Shown one piece after another: positions 1-11,141 of a DNA stretch of 64,000 nt. The notes beneath the pieces were generated by a model. The model did no database searches. It saw only the letters and a program-made list of their open reading frames with translations, and was not told where the DNA came from. The position numbers were made by a program, and so were the translations under genes. How positions within the stretch are numbered: the stretch's first letter is position 1; each line of letters starts with the position of its first letter. Origin of the DNA: Octopus vulgaris (taxonomy: Eukaryota); assembly GCA_951406725.2 (NCBI GenBank), contig OX597814.1:207452001-207516000 (forward strand). Direction: 5' to 3'.

Positions 1-156
1 TCGGAGTGGTTAGCGTTAGGAAGGGCATCCAGCTGTAGAAACTCTGCCAGATCAAGACTGGAGCCTGGTGCAGCCATCTGGTTCGCCAGCCCTCAGTCAA
101 ACCGTCCAACCCATGCTAGCATGGAAAGCAGACGTTAAACGATGATGATGATGATG
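1..156 (+). mobile_element. 3' tail of RTE-type LINE/SINE ending in (GAT)n; it interrupts the mariner remnant
   Basis: Same sequence as the tail of the RTE LINE at 7442-8549 (aggaagggcatccagctgtagaa...cccatgctagcatgg...gttaaacgatgatgat). Confidence 0.8.
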
Positions 157-742
157 TTCCAGTATTGGACCCTTATATCCCCAAAAAACTGTTAGCATCA
201 CTTTTTTGCAAAACGTTGAATCCTGAATTTAATTTCCGCAGATGATTCTCGGTGTTTCCACTCCATACTCAACCTCTTGGACTCTGGCTCAAAGTGATGG
301 ACCCAGGTCTTATCTCTTATGACTATTCTTTCTAAAAAAAAGCTTCACCTTCATAATTATAGTGGTTGGGTAAGCATTGACAGATCTCCACATGATTGTG
401 CTTATGCACTTTGGTAAGCTCTTTTGGCACCCATCTTGCACAGACTTTACTGAACTGAAGCTTGTTGTGAATGATTTCATATGCAGGACCATGACTAATT
501 GTCAGAGCACATGCCACCTCATCAATGATCATTTGCTGGTTTACTAGAACCATCTCTCAAGCTAGTTGAATTTTCACGTCAGTGGTGATTCAGTCATACA
601 TTCTTCTACTTAGAAGAATTCTGTCCCCGTATTGTACTAAAAGCCTGCAATGAATTTCAGTCCCTGGCACACTTTCAGACAAGAGAAATTGGATGAGTGA
701 TCTTTGTTCTTCCTTTGTGTATATTGCCAGCTGAGTGACCAT
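157..742 (-). pseudogene. Mariner (Tc1/mariner) transposase remnant, N-terminal half, frameshifted
   Basis: Minus-strand translation across frames: MVTQLAIYTKEEQRSLIQFL...IHCRL..QYG; KVCARWVPKELT (WVPxEL motif); ERIVIRDKTWVHHFEPESKRLSMEWKH...KVMLTVFWGYKGPIL (first catalytic Asp region). The ATG is at 742. Confidence 0.88.
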
Positions 743-899
743 GTTTACTCTGTAACACAAAAAAGAAAAATGGAGAGATCAAGGTCAAACCTTGGTTATG
801 CAACCTCAAGAGTATCGCTTTTTAGCACATGAGCGCTGAAGGCAGTGCAGCCACCCTAAGGAAAGTTCTGGTGGAAGGGCAGATAATTTTTGATTTCTT

Positions 900-908
900 A
901 TATATATT

Positions 909-1000
<92 letters not shown>
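900..1000. repeat. (TA)n-(TATG)n microsatellite; similar tracts at 1597-1760, 3745-3906, 15720-15768, 15960-16100, 46850-46962, 50340-50455, 56078-56115, 61925-61975
   Basis: Simple repeats visible directly. Confidence 0.97.
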
Positions 1001-1003
<3 letters not shown>

Positions 1004-1384
1004 CGTCCAACCCATGGTAGCATGGAAAACGGACCTTAAACAATGATGATGATGATAATATATATATGCATGCATAGATATATATGAATATATACGCTGT
1101 GTTGTGTCCTTGAGCAAGGCACTTTATTTCACATTGTTCCAGTTCATTTAGCAGGTAAAAATGAGCAGTACTAGAATTTCAAAGGCCAGCTTTGTCACAC
1201 TGAATCTCCCTGAGAACTATGTTAAGGGTACACATGTCTATGGAGTGCTCAGCTGCTTGCACGTTAATTTTACAAGCAGTTTGTTCTGTTGATCAGACCA
1301 ACTGAAACCCTCATCATCATAACCAACGGCGTGCCAGTATATATATATATATATATATATATATGTTTATGTTTATGTTTATGT

Positions 1385-1596
1385 TTTCCAGTTTCAGCTC
1401 TTGAGCTGTGGCCATGCTGGGGCACCGCCATTGTGGTGAAAGAGTACAGCAGGGATCACCACCCCCTGCCGGAGCCTCGTAGAGCTTTTAGGTGTTTTCG
1501 CTCAATAAACACACACAACGCCCGGTCTGAGAATCGAAACCGCGATCCTGCGACCGCGAGTCCGCTGCCCTAACCACTAGGCCATTGCGCCTCCAC
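1385..1596 (-). mobile_element. SINE family B 5' half (tRNA-like head) joined to a different SINE-type 3' tail
   Basis: 1431-1596 matches the head of the full copies at 9349-9734 and 25421-25798. 1385-1430 matches the short tail at 62632-62680. Confidence 0.7.
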
Positions 1597-1710
1597 ATAT
1601 ATATATATACACACACACATATATATACACATATGTATATATATATGTACATAAACATATATATATATATACACATACACATGTATATATATATATATAC
1701 ACACATACAT

Positions 1711-1743
<33 letters not shown>

Positions 1744-3861
1744 CACACACACATACACACCCAAATATGTGTACATCCTCATGATTGCTATAACATTTAC
1801 TTTTCCATGCTTGCATAGATGAAACAAATCTTTGTTGAAGAAGAATTTTTATACACCTGGATGCTTTTCCTGTCACCAATCTTCACCTGCTTCCAAGCAA
1901 GGTAATACTTCCCCTTGTCTATCAAGCAACAAACAGTCCAGGTATGCTTTTGCCGAGGATTGTGAGCAAATGACACCATATATACGAACAGTGGTTCTTT
2001 TTTTACAATCAGTATGCATGTCAAGGGAATGCGTACTTTCTTGCACGCACGCGCACACACACACACACACACACTCACAACAGGCTTCTTCCATTCTCCA
2101 TCTACCAAAGTTTACTCACAAGATACAGTAGATGACTCTAGCAGCAGTGTCTATGTTGTGCAGAGCAAACTCCAAACCACATAGTTCCAAAGTAGAATTG
2201 TTAGCCTCACAGCCAGTCTCTGTCGGCTAATTCCACTCATATGGAATTTGTCAGCTCAGAGTTATAGAGGAAGTTACCTGCCAACAGTACCACACAGCAA
2301 GAATTAATGCAAAACCACCTGGTTACAAAACTAACTTCTAAAGCACATGGCCTATTTCTATGCTTAAATGTATTTACATATTTAGTGGTTTGTCTGTGAG
2401 TAATATGCAGTTACCTTAAGTGTATACAACAAAATGTCCATTTAACATAATAGAGATTTGCTATCATTGTTGAGAGAAATTAGTTTTACAGCAATATCAC
2501 AGCATTCATTCTAAAAAACATAATAGAATTTCAGATGGAATGCTAATTGTTGAAATAGTGATATAACTTTGTATTTGTCACCACACAGGAAATTAAAGTT
2601 TAACCTGAAGTGGATTTAATTCAAATGATGATAATTCTGAGAGAAATCAATATACCTTTATCAAAAATATTGACTTTGTTATTAAAAGTTTTTATATCTA
2701 AACCAAAGAGTTGTGGGCTTAGATCTCAGGATTTTGGACTTCGTGCTTGAGATGACAATCTATCATGACAAATTGAAGATATTCTATCCCACTGACCTTT
2801 TCATCTTATACAAACAAATATGAAGTTTATATTGATACATGTAAATTAGTATTTAGCTTAAGTATCAAAATGTGATGTTTTCATCCTATGAGTGAAATAA
2901 ATGAATTGCATCTATCTTCCAAATGGCAAAATCTTTCTTAAGAGAGGATATTCTCCTCCTCATCAGCATTATCATTTTAATGTCTGTTTTTCCATGTTTG
3001 CATTAGTCAGACAAAACCTGTTGAGACATATTTTCTATGACCTGATACTCTGACTATTGCCAATTTTCAAGTTTTTACCCGATTTTGTTTTCATTCAGAG
3101 TGCAAATTTCAAGACAAGGGAAGACATACATATCATATGTGTGTGTATGTGTGTGTATGCATGCGTATGTTTATGTGCATGTGTGTGTAAACTCACAAAA
3201 GGCTTCTTACAGATTTTTGTCAACAAATTTCATTAACGAAGCATTGATCAAACCATGGCTATAGTAGAAAACACCAGCTAACAGTACTCCACATAGTGAG
3301 AACAAATCCCAAACCTTGTGATTCTCAAACGAACTTCTTAACCATGTTAAAACTTCTGCACCAAAATGTGCATAAAATGCATGAAGGAATATACTTACAT
3401 CTAGTATCTGATTTACAACTACATTTCTCAGTTATCAGTCCACAATATCAAATAAATCAATATCTTTTCTCTTCTCAAGAATTCTTTGTAGTGGAATATG
3501 TGTTTATTCATTCATTAAATGTCCATTTTTTTCATGTTACCATGAGTTGGAAAGGAACTTACTTCAGGCAGGTTTTTACTACTGAATGCTTTTTGTGTCA
3601 TCTACATGTACCTGCTTTTCAAATAAGAGATCCTCACAAGCTCAGACCAACTGGACATAATGTCAACAAGGACTATAAACATGATATCACCATTTCACTG
3701 TAACAAGTAAAGCAGTGGAATGTCAATATTCATGCACCTACCCATACACACACACACACACTGCATACATACATACATACATACATACATACATACATAC
3801 ATACATACATTAATACATACATACATACATACATACATACATACATACATACATACATACA

Positions 3862-3907
<46 letters not shown>

Positions 3908-4295
3908 ATTATGATAAGTGCTTAGAAAGAAATTTTCTAGCCTATATGCTGAGAAATAGATGCTAAATGATCTTACCAGTCAAAGAAGTCACAAACACGA
4001 TTGATGAAGGGGTTTTACTTTTACTTTTTTCCTTATTAAGAAGCAGAGTTTTGTCATTGTAAACTAGCTTGAAATAATCATTCACCAAAAATTGTAATAC
4101 CCTAATAATTTATTTTATGTGTAACTGGAATCATGTTTGGAATTATGTTTGCTGGAATCAAGGTTTATCGGAAGATAGGTAATGAAATGTTAGTTAGGAA
4201 TTAAATATAAAACCTAGTGTAAGAAAAATATTCACATAATGTGTTGACAGAAGAAGATTATGGAAAATGAATTGAGAACCAGATTATTAAAACAG

Positions 4296-5250
4296 CAGAG
4301 AAAACCATATTACTGTGATATATTTTCTAAACCATTCTCTGAAAGTGGTAACTGGACTATTTACAAGCATAGTCATATAGGAGAGATATCATATCACTGT
4401 GATGTCTTTGGTAAATTATTTCCAATTGATATTTATTTAACTCTTCCCAAAAGTAAAGCAGTTGGTGTTAGAAATAGAATCCTAGCCAAAACAGACAATT
4501 GGATCCTGGTACAGCTCTCTGGCTTGCCAGCTCCTATTGACCAACCTATCCCAGCATGAAAAATGGAAATTAAATGATAACGACGATGATCTTTAGTAAA
4601 TAATTCTCTGGAAGTGGTGAAATAGCCACTCACAAACTTACTTATTGGAGAAAGATACTATACCACTGTGTTATCAGTGGTAAATCATTCTTTTCAATGG
4701 CTTTCTCATCTTCTCACAAACATATTCATACAGATGAAAAGCCATATCACTGATATCTTTGGTAAATTTTTCTCTCAAAGTAGTATCTTAACTATACACA
4801 TGTATATATTACATGGTAAATGTAGGTTCTCTGGAATATGCAGTTTGTCTAAACAAATATGCATTTGTACAGGAGAGAGACTATCACTGTGATAAGTGTA
4901 GTAAATCAATCTCTATGGATAGTCACTTAACAACTACTAAACATATTCATATAGGAAAGAAGCTATATCTCTGAGATAACATTCTCTCAAAGTCGACTTT
5001 TTACAAATGCATTCATGCAGGAGATAAACTATATCATTAAGATATCCATGGTAATTCCTTCTCTTGAAGTTATAAGTTAGCTGCTAACAAAAGTGTTCAT
5101 CCAGGAGATAAGCGTTATTCCTATGATTTAGTAAATCAATTTTTCAAAAAAGCAGCTTAACTTGACACAATCTAATTTATATAGGTGAGAAGCTGTTCAA
5201 AATCATTCTCCCAAAATACAAGTAGACTTTTATTCAGAAGAGTAAGCATG
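4296..5250 (+). pseudogene. Decayed tandem C2H2 zinc-finger array
   Basis: Repeated ~84-nt units such as ggagagatatcatatcactgtgatgtctttggtaaa. Translation gives EKPYYCDIFSKPFSESGNWTIYKHSHIGEISYHCDVFGKLF with many lost Cys/His, stops and frameshifts. An RTE-tail fragment interrupts it at ~4450-4590. Confidence 0.8.
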
Positions 5251-5676
5251 TTACTTTCTTTAACAACAGATGTTGTTTAGAAAAGAGAGAAAGTATAACA
5301 GTGGTATCAATTGCTTGACATTATTCTACACAATTGGAGATGAATTTTCATTGGTGAGATTAACTTACAAGTGTAATGTTTTAATAAAAACATTTGTTTA
5401 GAATGCTAGCACAGACGTTGCCTGTTTGACTATGAAGTTCACTTTGCAACTATATGGACTTGGGTTCAATCCCAATATGCAGTACTGGAAGCAAATGTCT
5501 TTTACTACAGCACCGAGCAAACCAATGCCTTGTGAATGAATTTAGTAGGTGGAAACTGTGCAGAAGCCTATTGCATATGTATGTATACATACACACTTAC
5601 ACATGTACACTCACACAAACACTTCTCCGCTTTTAAATAGGGATAAATATTACTTTTTGGTATTAATGCTGTTTCT

Positions 5677-5890
5677 CATCATCATCATCACCATCATCGT
5701 TTAACATCTGCTTTCCATGCTAGCATGGGTTGGACGGTTCAACCAGGGTCTGGGAAGCCAGGAGGCTGCACCAGGCCCCAATCTGATCTGGCAGTGTTTC
5801 TACAGCTGGATGCCCTTCCTAACGCCAACCACTCCTTAAGTGTAGTGGGTGCTTTTTACGTACCACCGGCATGGAAGCCAGTCAAGGCAT
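5677..5890 (-). mobile_element. RTE-tail element, 5'-truncated. Further copies at 35701-35872 (-), 36255-36406 (-), 53063-53248 (+), 56640-56933 (+)
   Basis: (CAT)n followed by the reverse complement of the RTE 3' tail. The 56640 copy is flanked by a tgttgaata direct repeat. Confidence 0.82.
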
Positions 5891-6401
5891 GTCTGTGGCG
5901 GCGGTGGTAGAAGTGGTAGTGGAGATGGAGGTGGTGGAGGTGGTGATGGTGATTGGATAGTGAAAAGTGTAATTTTTTTAATTGAACTACCATAAAAGCC
6001 CATTTAATTTATGCACTTTTTTTTTGCAAAAATAAAAATAAATTATAGGGGTACGTAAATTACATGAGTTTCCAGAATCTTTTTAGAATTAAAAAAAAAC
6101 AAAAACTTACAGAACGTAAGTTGATTCATTTAATGGGCTTAAATATAATGTAGTTGACTTTTATTTATACTGGATGGTATATTGCTTACTTTTTCTGTAT
6201 AAATTTACTAAAATCATTAAATGGTTAACTAGTTTTTGAAGTTTGATGTACATGCTGTTGAGTAAAGTGTCATCCAAGCTGATATTTATTGGTAATTAAA
6301 CTTAATTTGCAACACCTGTGTGTATTTATCAGCTTTGTTTTTTGTTGATAATTCTTAACAACTTTCCCTGTGAGTGCATGTGAGAAAAGAGGGAAGCACA
6401 C

Positions 6402-6803
6402 ATCATCATCATCATCATTTAGCGTCCGTTTTCCATGCTAGCATGGGTTGAACGGTTCAACTGGGGTCTGTAAAACCAGAAGGCTTCATCAGGCCCAGTC
6501 CATCATTGTTACTCCAAAAGTAAAGCACACCTTCAACAAAAAAAATACATTTGTAGCACCGCATTTCTCTGCCAGAAATAAGTTATACGAACACCGTGCT
6601 GTAGCAGATACTTCTCCTTCAGTCTTGATGCCAACAGTTTCTGCTTTATCTTTTGAGAAGGATAGTTCTCTGACGAACGGATGGTGCTTTTACGTGCCAC
6701 CGACACGGGGGCCAGACAGAGCTGGCAAACGGACACGAACAGATGGTGCTTTTACGTGTCACCTGCACGGGGGCCAGGCGAGGCTGGCAACGGACACGAA
6801 CAG
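6402..6803 (-). mobile_element. RTE-tail element carrying a captured Chapaev transposase fragment (6497-6674)
   Basis: RTE-tail sequence flanks a 178-bp segment nearly identical to 12097-12274. Confidence 0.85.
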
Positions 6804-6883
6804 AAATATATATATACATACACACACACACATATATGCAAATGTATATTAAGATATGATATTTATATATATATATATATATA

Positions 6884-7340
6884 TAGTCAATCCAAACATG
6901 AACAAGTAAAAAAAAACAACAAAACAAGGATGTGGAGTAAGTACAGTGTTATTGGATGCTCAGGAAAGGAAAGAAAAGAAAGAGGATTTCACATTTCAAG
7001 CGGAGCTCTTCATCAGAAATATAGAAAAAGTCCAAAGAAGGGAAGGGAATGGATGAAGAAAAAGTTCTTTGATAGCATATGTATGTGCGTGCATGTGTGT
7101 GTGTTTTTGTGACTGTTTATGTATGTGTGTGGTTGGACTTAGTGTCGCTTAAAGTCATAGGAAGAATTTATAGTAAGAATTTTTGTAGGAGTGGCTGCCT
7201 GTTGTGTGTCTACCTACACATGTGTCTAGGAGAATGGTCAGTAGAAAGGTGTTTAACTGGTAGTTTGATGTATGTGTGCGTGTGTGTGGGTGTGTATGTG
7301 CGTGAAGTTGTGTGTGGGGTTGTGTCTGTGGAGTAAATAT
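6884..7340 (-). mobile_element. Penelope-like remnant with degenerate hammerhead motif (6986-7020)
   Basis: Minus strand reads attt-CTGATGA-a-GAGC-tcc-GCTT-GAAA-tg-tg-aaat and the element sits in a TA microsatellite. Family assignment is inferred from the motif. Confidence 0.5.
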
Positions 7341-7441
7341 ACGTTACTCTGTGTGTGTGTGCATGCATGTGTGTCCATGTATGTATGACATCCACATTAA
7401 ATACTGAAGATATACAGAAACAGATTCCATCACATGCCAGA

Positions 7442-8549
7442 GGGAAAAACTAGAAGTTGATAGCTTCCGCTACTTAAGCGACCAAGTCTGATTGGGAGTG
7501 GTTGCTCTGAGAGTGTAGTGGCTAGAATAAGAATAGCCTGTGTAAAGTTCAGGGAACTTCTACCTCTGCTGGCAACTAAGGGCCTCTCCCTCAGGATGAA
7601 AGGTAGACTGAATGATGCATGTGTATGAACTGCCATGCTACATGGCAGTGAAACATGGGCCATGACTGCTGAGGACATGTGTAGGCTTGAAAGAAATGAA
7701 TCTAGTATGATCCGCTGGATGTGTAATGTCAGTGTGCATGCAAGACAGAGTGTGAGTACTCTGAGAGAAAAGTTGGGCATGAGAAGCATTAAATGTGATG
7801 TGCAAGAGAGACGACTGTGCTGGTATGTATGGATGAGGACAGTTGTGTGAGGAAGTGCTACATTCTAACTGTGGAAGGAACCCGTGGAAGAGGTAGAGCC
7901 AGGAAGACATAGGATATGGTGGTGAAGCATAACCTTCAAACAGAGGCAATGACAGGAGTCTGAGACCTTTGGAGATATGCTGTGATTGAGAAGACCCAGC
8001 AACTAAAGTGAGACTGCAGCCATGGCCATGCCAGTGTTTCATGTCTTACCCATTCAAGAGTACCCTTGATGCGTCAGGCAATATGATATGCTTGAGAAGA
8101 TTTGTTGAGTCAAATAAAACCAAAATCGTAGCTGTAGCCAGTGTCTCCTGACTGGCTCCCATTCTGGTGGCATGTAAAATGCATCATCCGAATGTGGTTG
8201 ATGCCAATATCCCCTGACTAGCTCCTGTGCCAGTGGCACATAAAAAGCACTATCCAAACTTGATCAATGCCAGGGCAACCTGACTGGCTCCCATGCCAGT
8301 GGCATGTAAAATGCACCATCTGAACGTGGCCAATGTCAGTACCCCCTGACTGGCTCCTGTGCTGGTGGCACATAAAAAGCACTTAGTACACTCTCAGAAT
8401 GGTTGTCGTTAGGAAGGGCATCCAGCTGTAGAAACATTGCCAGATCAGATTGGAGCCTAGTGTAGCCACTGGCTCTCCAGACCTCAGTCAAATTGTCCAA
8501 CCCATGCCAGCATGGAAAACGGACGTTAAACGACGATGATGATGATGAT
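7442..8549 (+). mobile_element. RTE-clade LINE 3' fragment (C-terminal ORF part plus 3' UTR and (GAT)n tail)
   Basis: Translation ...ARIRIACVKFRELLPLLATKGLSLRMKGRLNDACV*TAMLHGSETWAMTAEDMCRLERNESSMIRWMCNV...ERRLCWY, then GTRGRGRARKT; YGSETW, RLRW and GRPRK-like motifs are typical of RTE. The 3' UTR has tandem ~65-bp units and a (GAT)n end. Confidence 0.88.
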
Positions 8550-9348
8550 AATGACAGCTATCGTCTGCTTACAATTTGTGAAATAATACTTCGGTTATTT
8601 CCAGTTAATCTCACACAGTTACATGGAGACACACAAATACACAGTCTCATACAGTTACGTACGCATACAAACACTTAAACATAGTCTCATACAGTTACAC
8701 GTATGCATGTATGCACACACACACACACAGATATCATCAGACAATCTGTGTCATATTTTTCATTTACTTATTTTTATTGGAACGCTAATGCTGAGGGAAG
8801 AAGTGGGTGTGACGAGAGGGTAAAGTGGACTGACATCATTGAGAGAAGGGGAGGGTATACCGAGTGAGGAAAACGGATTATATTTATATAGAACACAATA
8901 TAAACACTTTGTAATTTAATAGCTTTTAATGGGATAACTGTTAAACAGAAATTATTTTTATTTAATGAAAATTTATTAAAATCTAATCATAAGTAAGTAA
9001 CATTACGCTAAACACAACTAAATTGCAAACCTTTTTCCCCTGGCCATATCAGCAACTTTGAAAACTTTTGGGTGCGAATTTTATTAGTATAAGTTTTTTT
9101 TAACAATTTTTATCAAGAAAATTACCTGCGTAAATTACACAGGTACACAAATTACATGGGATTTTTTATGGTAAGTTTTTTTATATCTCCTGTCACTTAA
9201 TGCATGCACATAAGTGCAATTCTGTGAAATATTCATGCTTATTGATGTGGCATATATATGCAATTTAACTAAAGGTTGTATCATACGTATGGGATATTTT
9301 TTCTTTGTTTATGGGAAAAATAGAAAAATAGGAGTGAATATGTATTTT

Positions 9349-9734
9349 GGATGGAAGCACTCCGTCGGTTACGACGACAAGGGTTCCGGTTGATCCGATC
9401 AACGGAACAGCCTGCTCGTGAAATTAACGTGTAAGTGGCTGAGCACTCCACAGACACGTGTACCCTTAACGTAGTTCTCGGGGATATTCAGCGTGACACA
9501 GAGAGTGACAAGGCCGGCCCTTTGAAATACAGGTACAACAGAAACAGGAAGTAAGAGTGAGAGAAAGTTGTGGTGAAAGAGTACAGCAGGGATCACCACC
9601 ATCCCTGCCGGAGCCTCGTGGAGCTTTAGGTGTTTTCGCTCAATAAACACTCACAACGCCCGGTCTGGGAATCGAAACCGCGATCCTACGACCGCGAGTC
9701 CACTGCCCTAACCACTGGGCCATTGTGCCTCCAC
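9349..9734 (-). mobile_element. tRNA-derived SINE family B, full length
   Basis: Head ggcacaatggcccagtggttagggcag...ggtttcgattccc has Pol III A/B boxes. 11-bp TSD atatgtatttt at 9338-9348 and 9735-9745. Near-identical copy at 25421-25798. Confidence 0.9.
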
Positions 9735-10113
9735 ATATGTATTTTATGAATGCTATATATTAAGTCTATAAAATTGTGCATAAAGTGTATAAAGTGTATA
9801 TACAAAGTGCATTAAGTAGTCATTGTATTCCAATTTCTTTCACTTTTCAATGAGTAACAGATCAGCGACTGTCTTTCCATACAGACACAACACAGGCTAT
9901 ACTTTCAGGTTTTTTGGATAAAGTTTTCAGAAATAACCCAATAGGTTTGCCATTAATTTCATGAAGTATTCATGGGTCCCACTAGTAAGAATAAATAAGC
10001 ATTACTTTTGATAGAATAATATGAATGTTAAAGGGTTAAAAGATTATACTGTTAATGCATTATTTAAAAGCTAATGTCATCTGATTATACTGGTCAACAA
10101 AATTAAATGTATA

Positions 10114-10524
10114 GGCGTAGGAGTGGCTATGTGGTAAGTAGCTTGCTTGCCAACCACATGGTTCCGGGTTCAGTCCCACTGCATGGCACCATGGGCAAGT
10201 GTCTTCTACTATAGCCTCGGGCCGACTAAAACCTTGTGAGTGGATTTGGTAGACGGAAACTGAAAGAAGCCTGTCGTATATATGTATATATATATGTATG
10301 TGTGTGTATATGTTTGTGTGTCTGTGTTTGTCCTCCCAATATCGCTTGACAACCAATGCTGGTGTGTTTACGTCCCCGTAACTTAGTGGTTCAGCAAAAG
10401 AGACCGATAGAATAAGTACTAGGCTTACAAAGAATAAGTCCTGGGGTCGATTTGCTAGACTAAAGGTGGTACTCCAGCATGACCACAGTCAAATGACTGA
10501 AACAAGTAAAAGAGTAAAGAAAGA
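10114..10524 (+). mobile_element. tRNA-derived SINE family A with central (TA)/(TG) tract, nested in the Chapaev end. Other copies at 15770-15960 (-), 30685-31074 (-), 33205-33600, 40415-40814 (-), 50983-51394, 55355-55680 (-), 60720-61095
   Basis: A box tggctatgtggtaag, B box ggttcagtccc, tail ggtggtactccagcatgaccacagtcaaatgactgaaacaagtaaaagag, gtata flanking repeat. Confidence 0.9.
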
Positions 10525-10658
10525 GTATACTCATTATGAAAGCAAACCAAAATTTTTAGACTAACTTTTCATGCTGATTTCAAAATTTCACTTTATTTGT
10601 ATGCCGCACATATCAATTTTTCAGTAGATACGTGCAAAAATTTACATATTTGTGTATA

Positions 10659-10991
10659 AAGACCCCCTTCGGTCATGAATGACCATGGGATTGCACCTAG
10701 AAAGTTACCCTCCTAGACACAAGTCCGGGCAAGGTTGTTTATGGAAGGCTAGCAGTCGCCCATGCATACCAGCCTCCCCTCTCCACACCACCAGTGTTAT
10801 CCAAGGGAAAGGCAAGGGCCGATACAGCTTGGAACCTGTGACGTCGCAACTCATTTCTACAGCTGAGTGAACTGGAGCAACGTGAAATAAAGTGCCTTGC
10901 TCAAGAACACAACACGCAGCCCGGTCCGGGATTCGAGCTCACAACCTCACGATCGTAAGCTCGACGATCTAACCACTGAGCCATGCGCCTT
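10659..10991 (-). mobile_element. tRNA-derived SINE family D, nested in the Chapaev element; diverged copy at 52033-52350 (+)
   Basis: 14-bp TSD catatttgtgtata at 10645-10658 and 10992-11005. Head ggcgcatggctcagtggttag...gagctcgaatccc; central tgttcttgagcaaggcacttt domain. Confidence 0.88.
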
Positions 10992-11141
10992 CATATTTGT
11001 GTATATGAAATCATTAATGTAATAAATAAGGACATATTATTTTTAGAAAGTAAATGAGCTTACTGAGTTAAAAATCATCACTATCATTGTACAAAGAGTG
11101 AATACACAAAAAATGGGCCAGACAAAGTTAGAACAACAGAG

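Larger units (their letters stand above)
5990..9171. mobile_element. Old TA-flanked non-autonomous Tc1/mariner-like element containing nested insertions
   Basis: Left end is TA|ccataaaagcccatttaatttatgcac. The reverse complement of the right end is ccataaaaaatcccatgtaatttgtgtac, also flanked by TA. Subterminal gtaaattaca motifs occur near both ends. Confidence 0.5.

Noticed and set aside
806-2131. Many 60-140 aa ORFs rich in YI/HT/CV repeats, here and throughout the window
   Set aside because: They are translations of (TA)n, (CA)n and (TACA)n microsatellites or of SINE bodies, not genes.
9655-9734. tRNA-like heads of SINE families A-D as tRNA genes
   Set aside because: No closed acceptor stem, and they continue into SINE bodies with TSDs.
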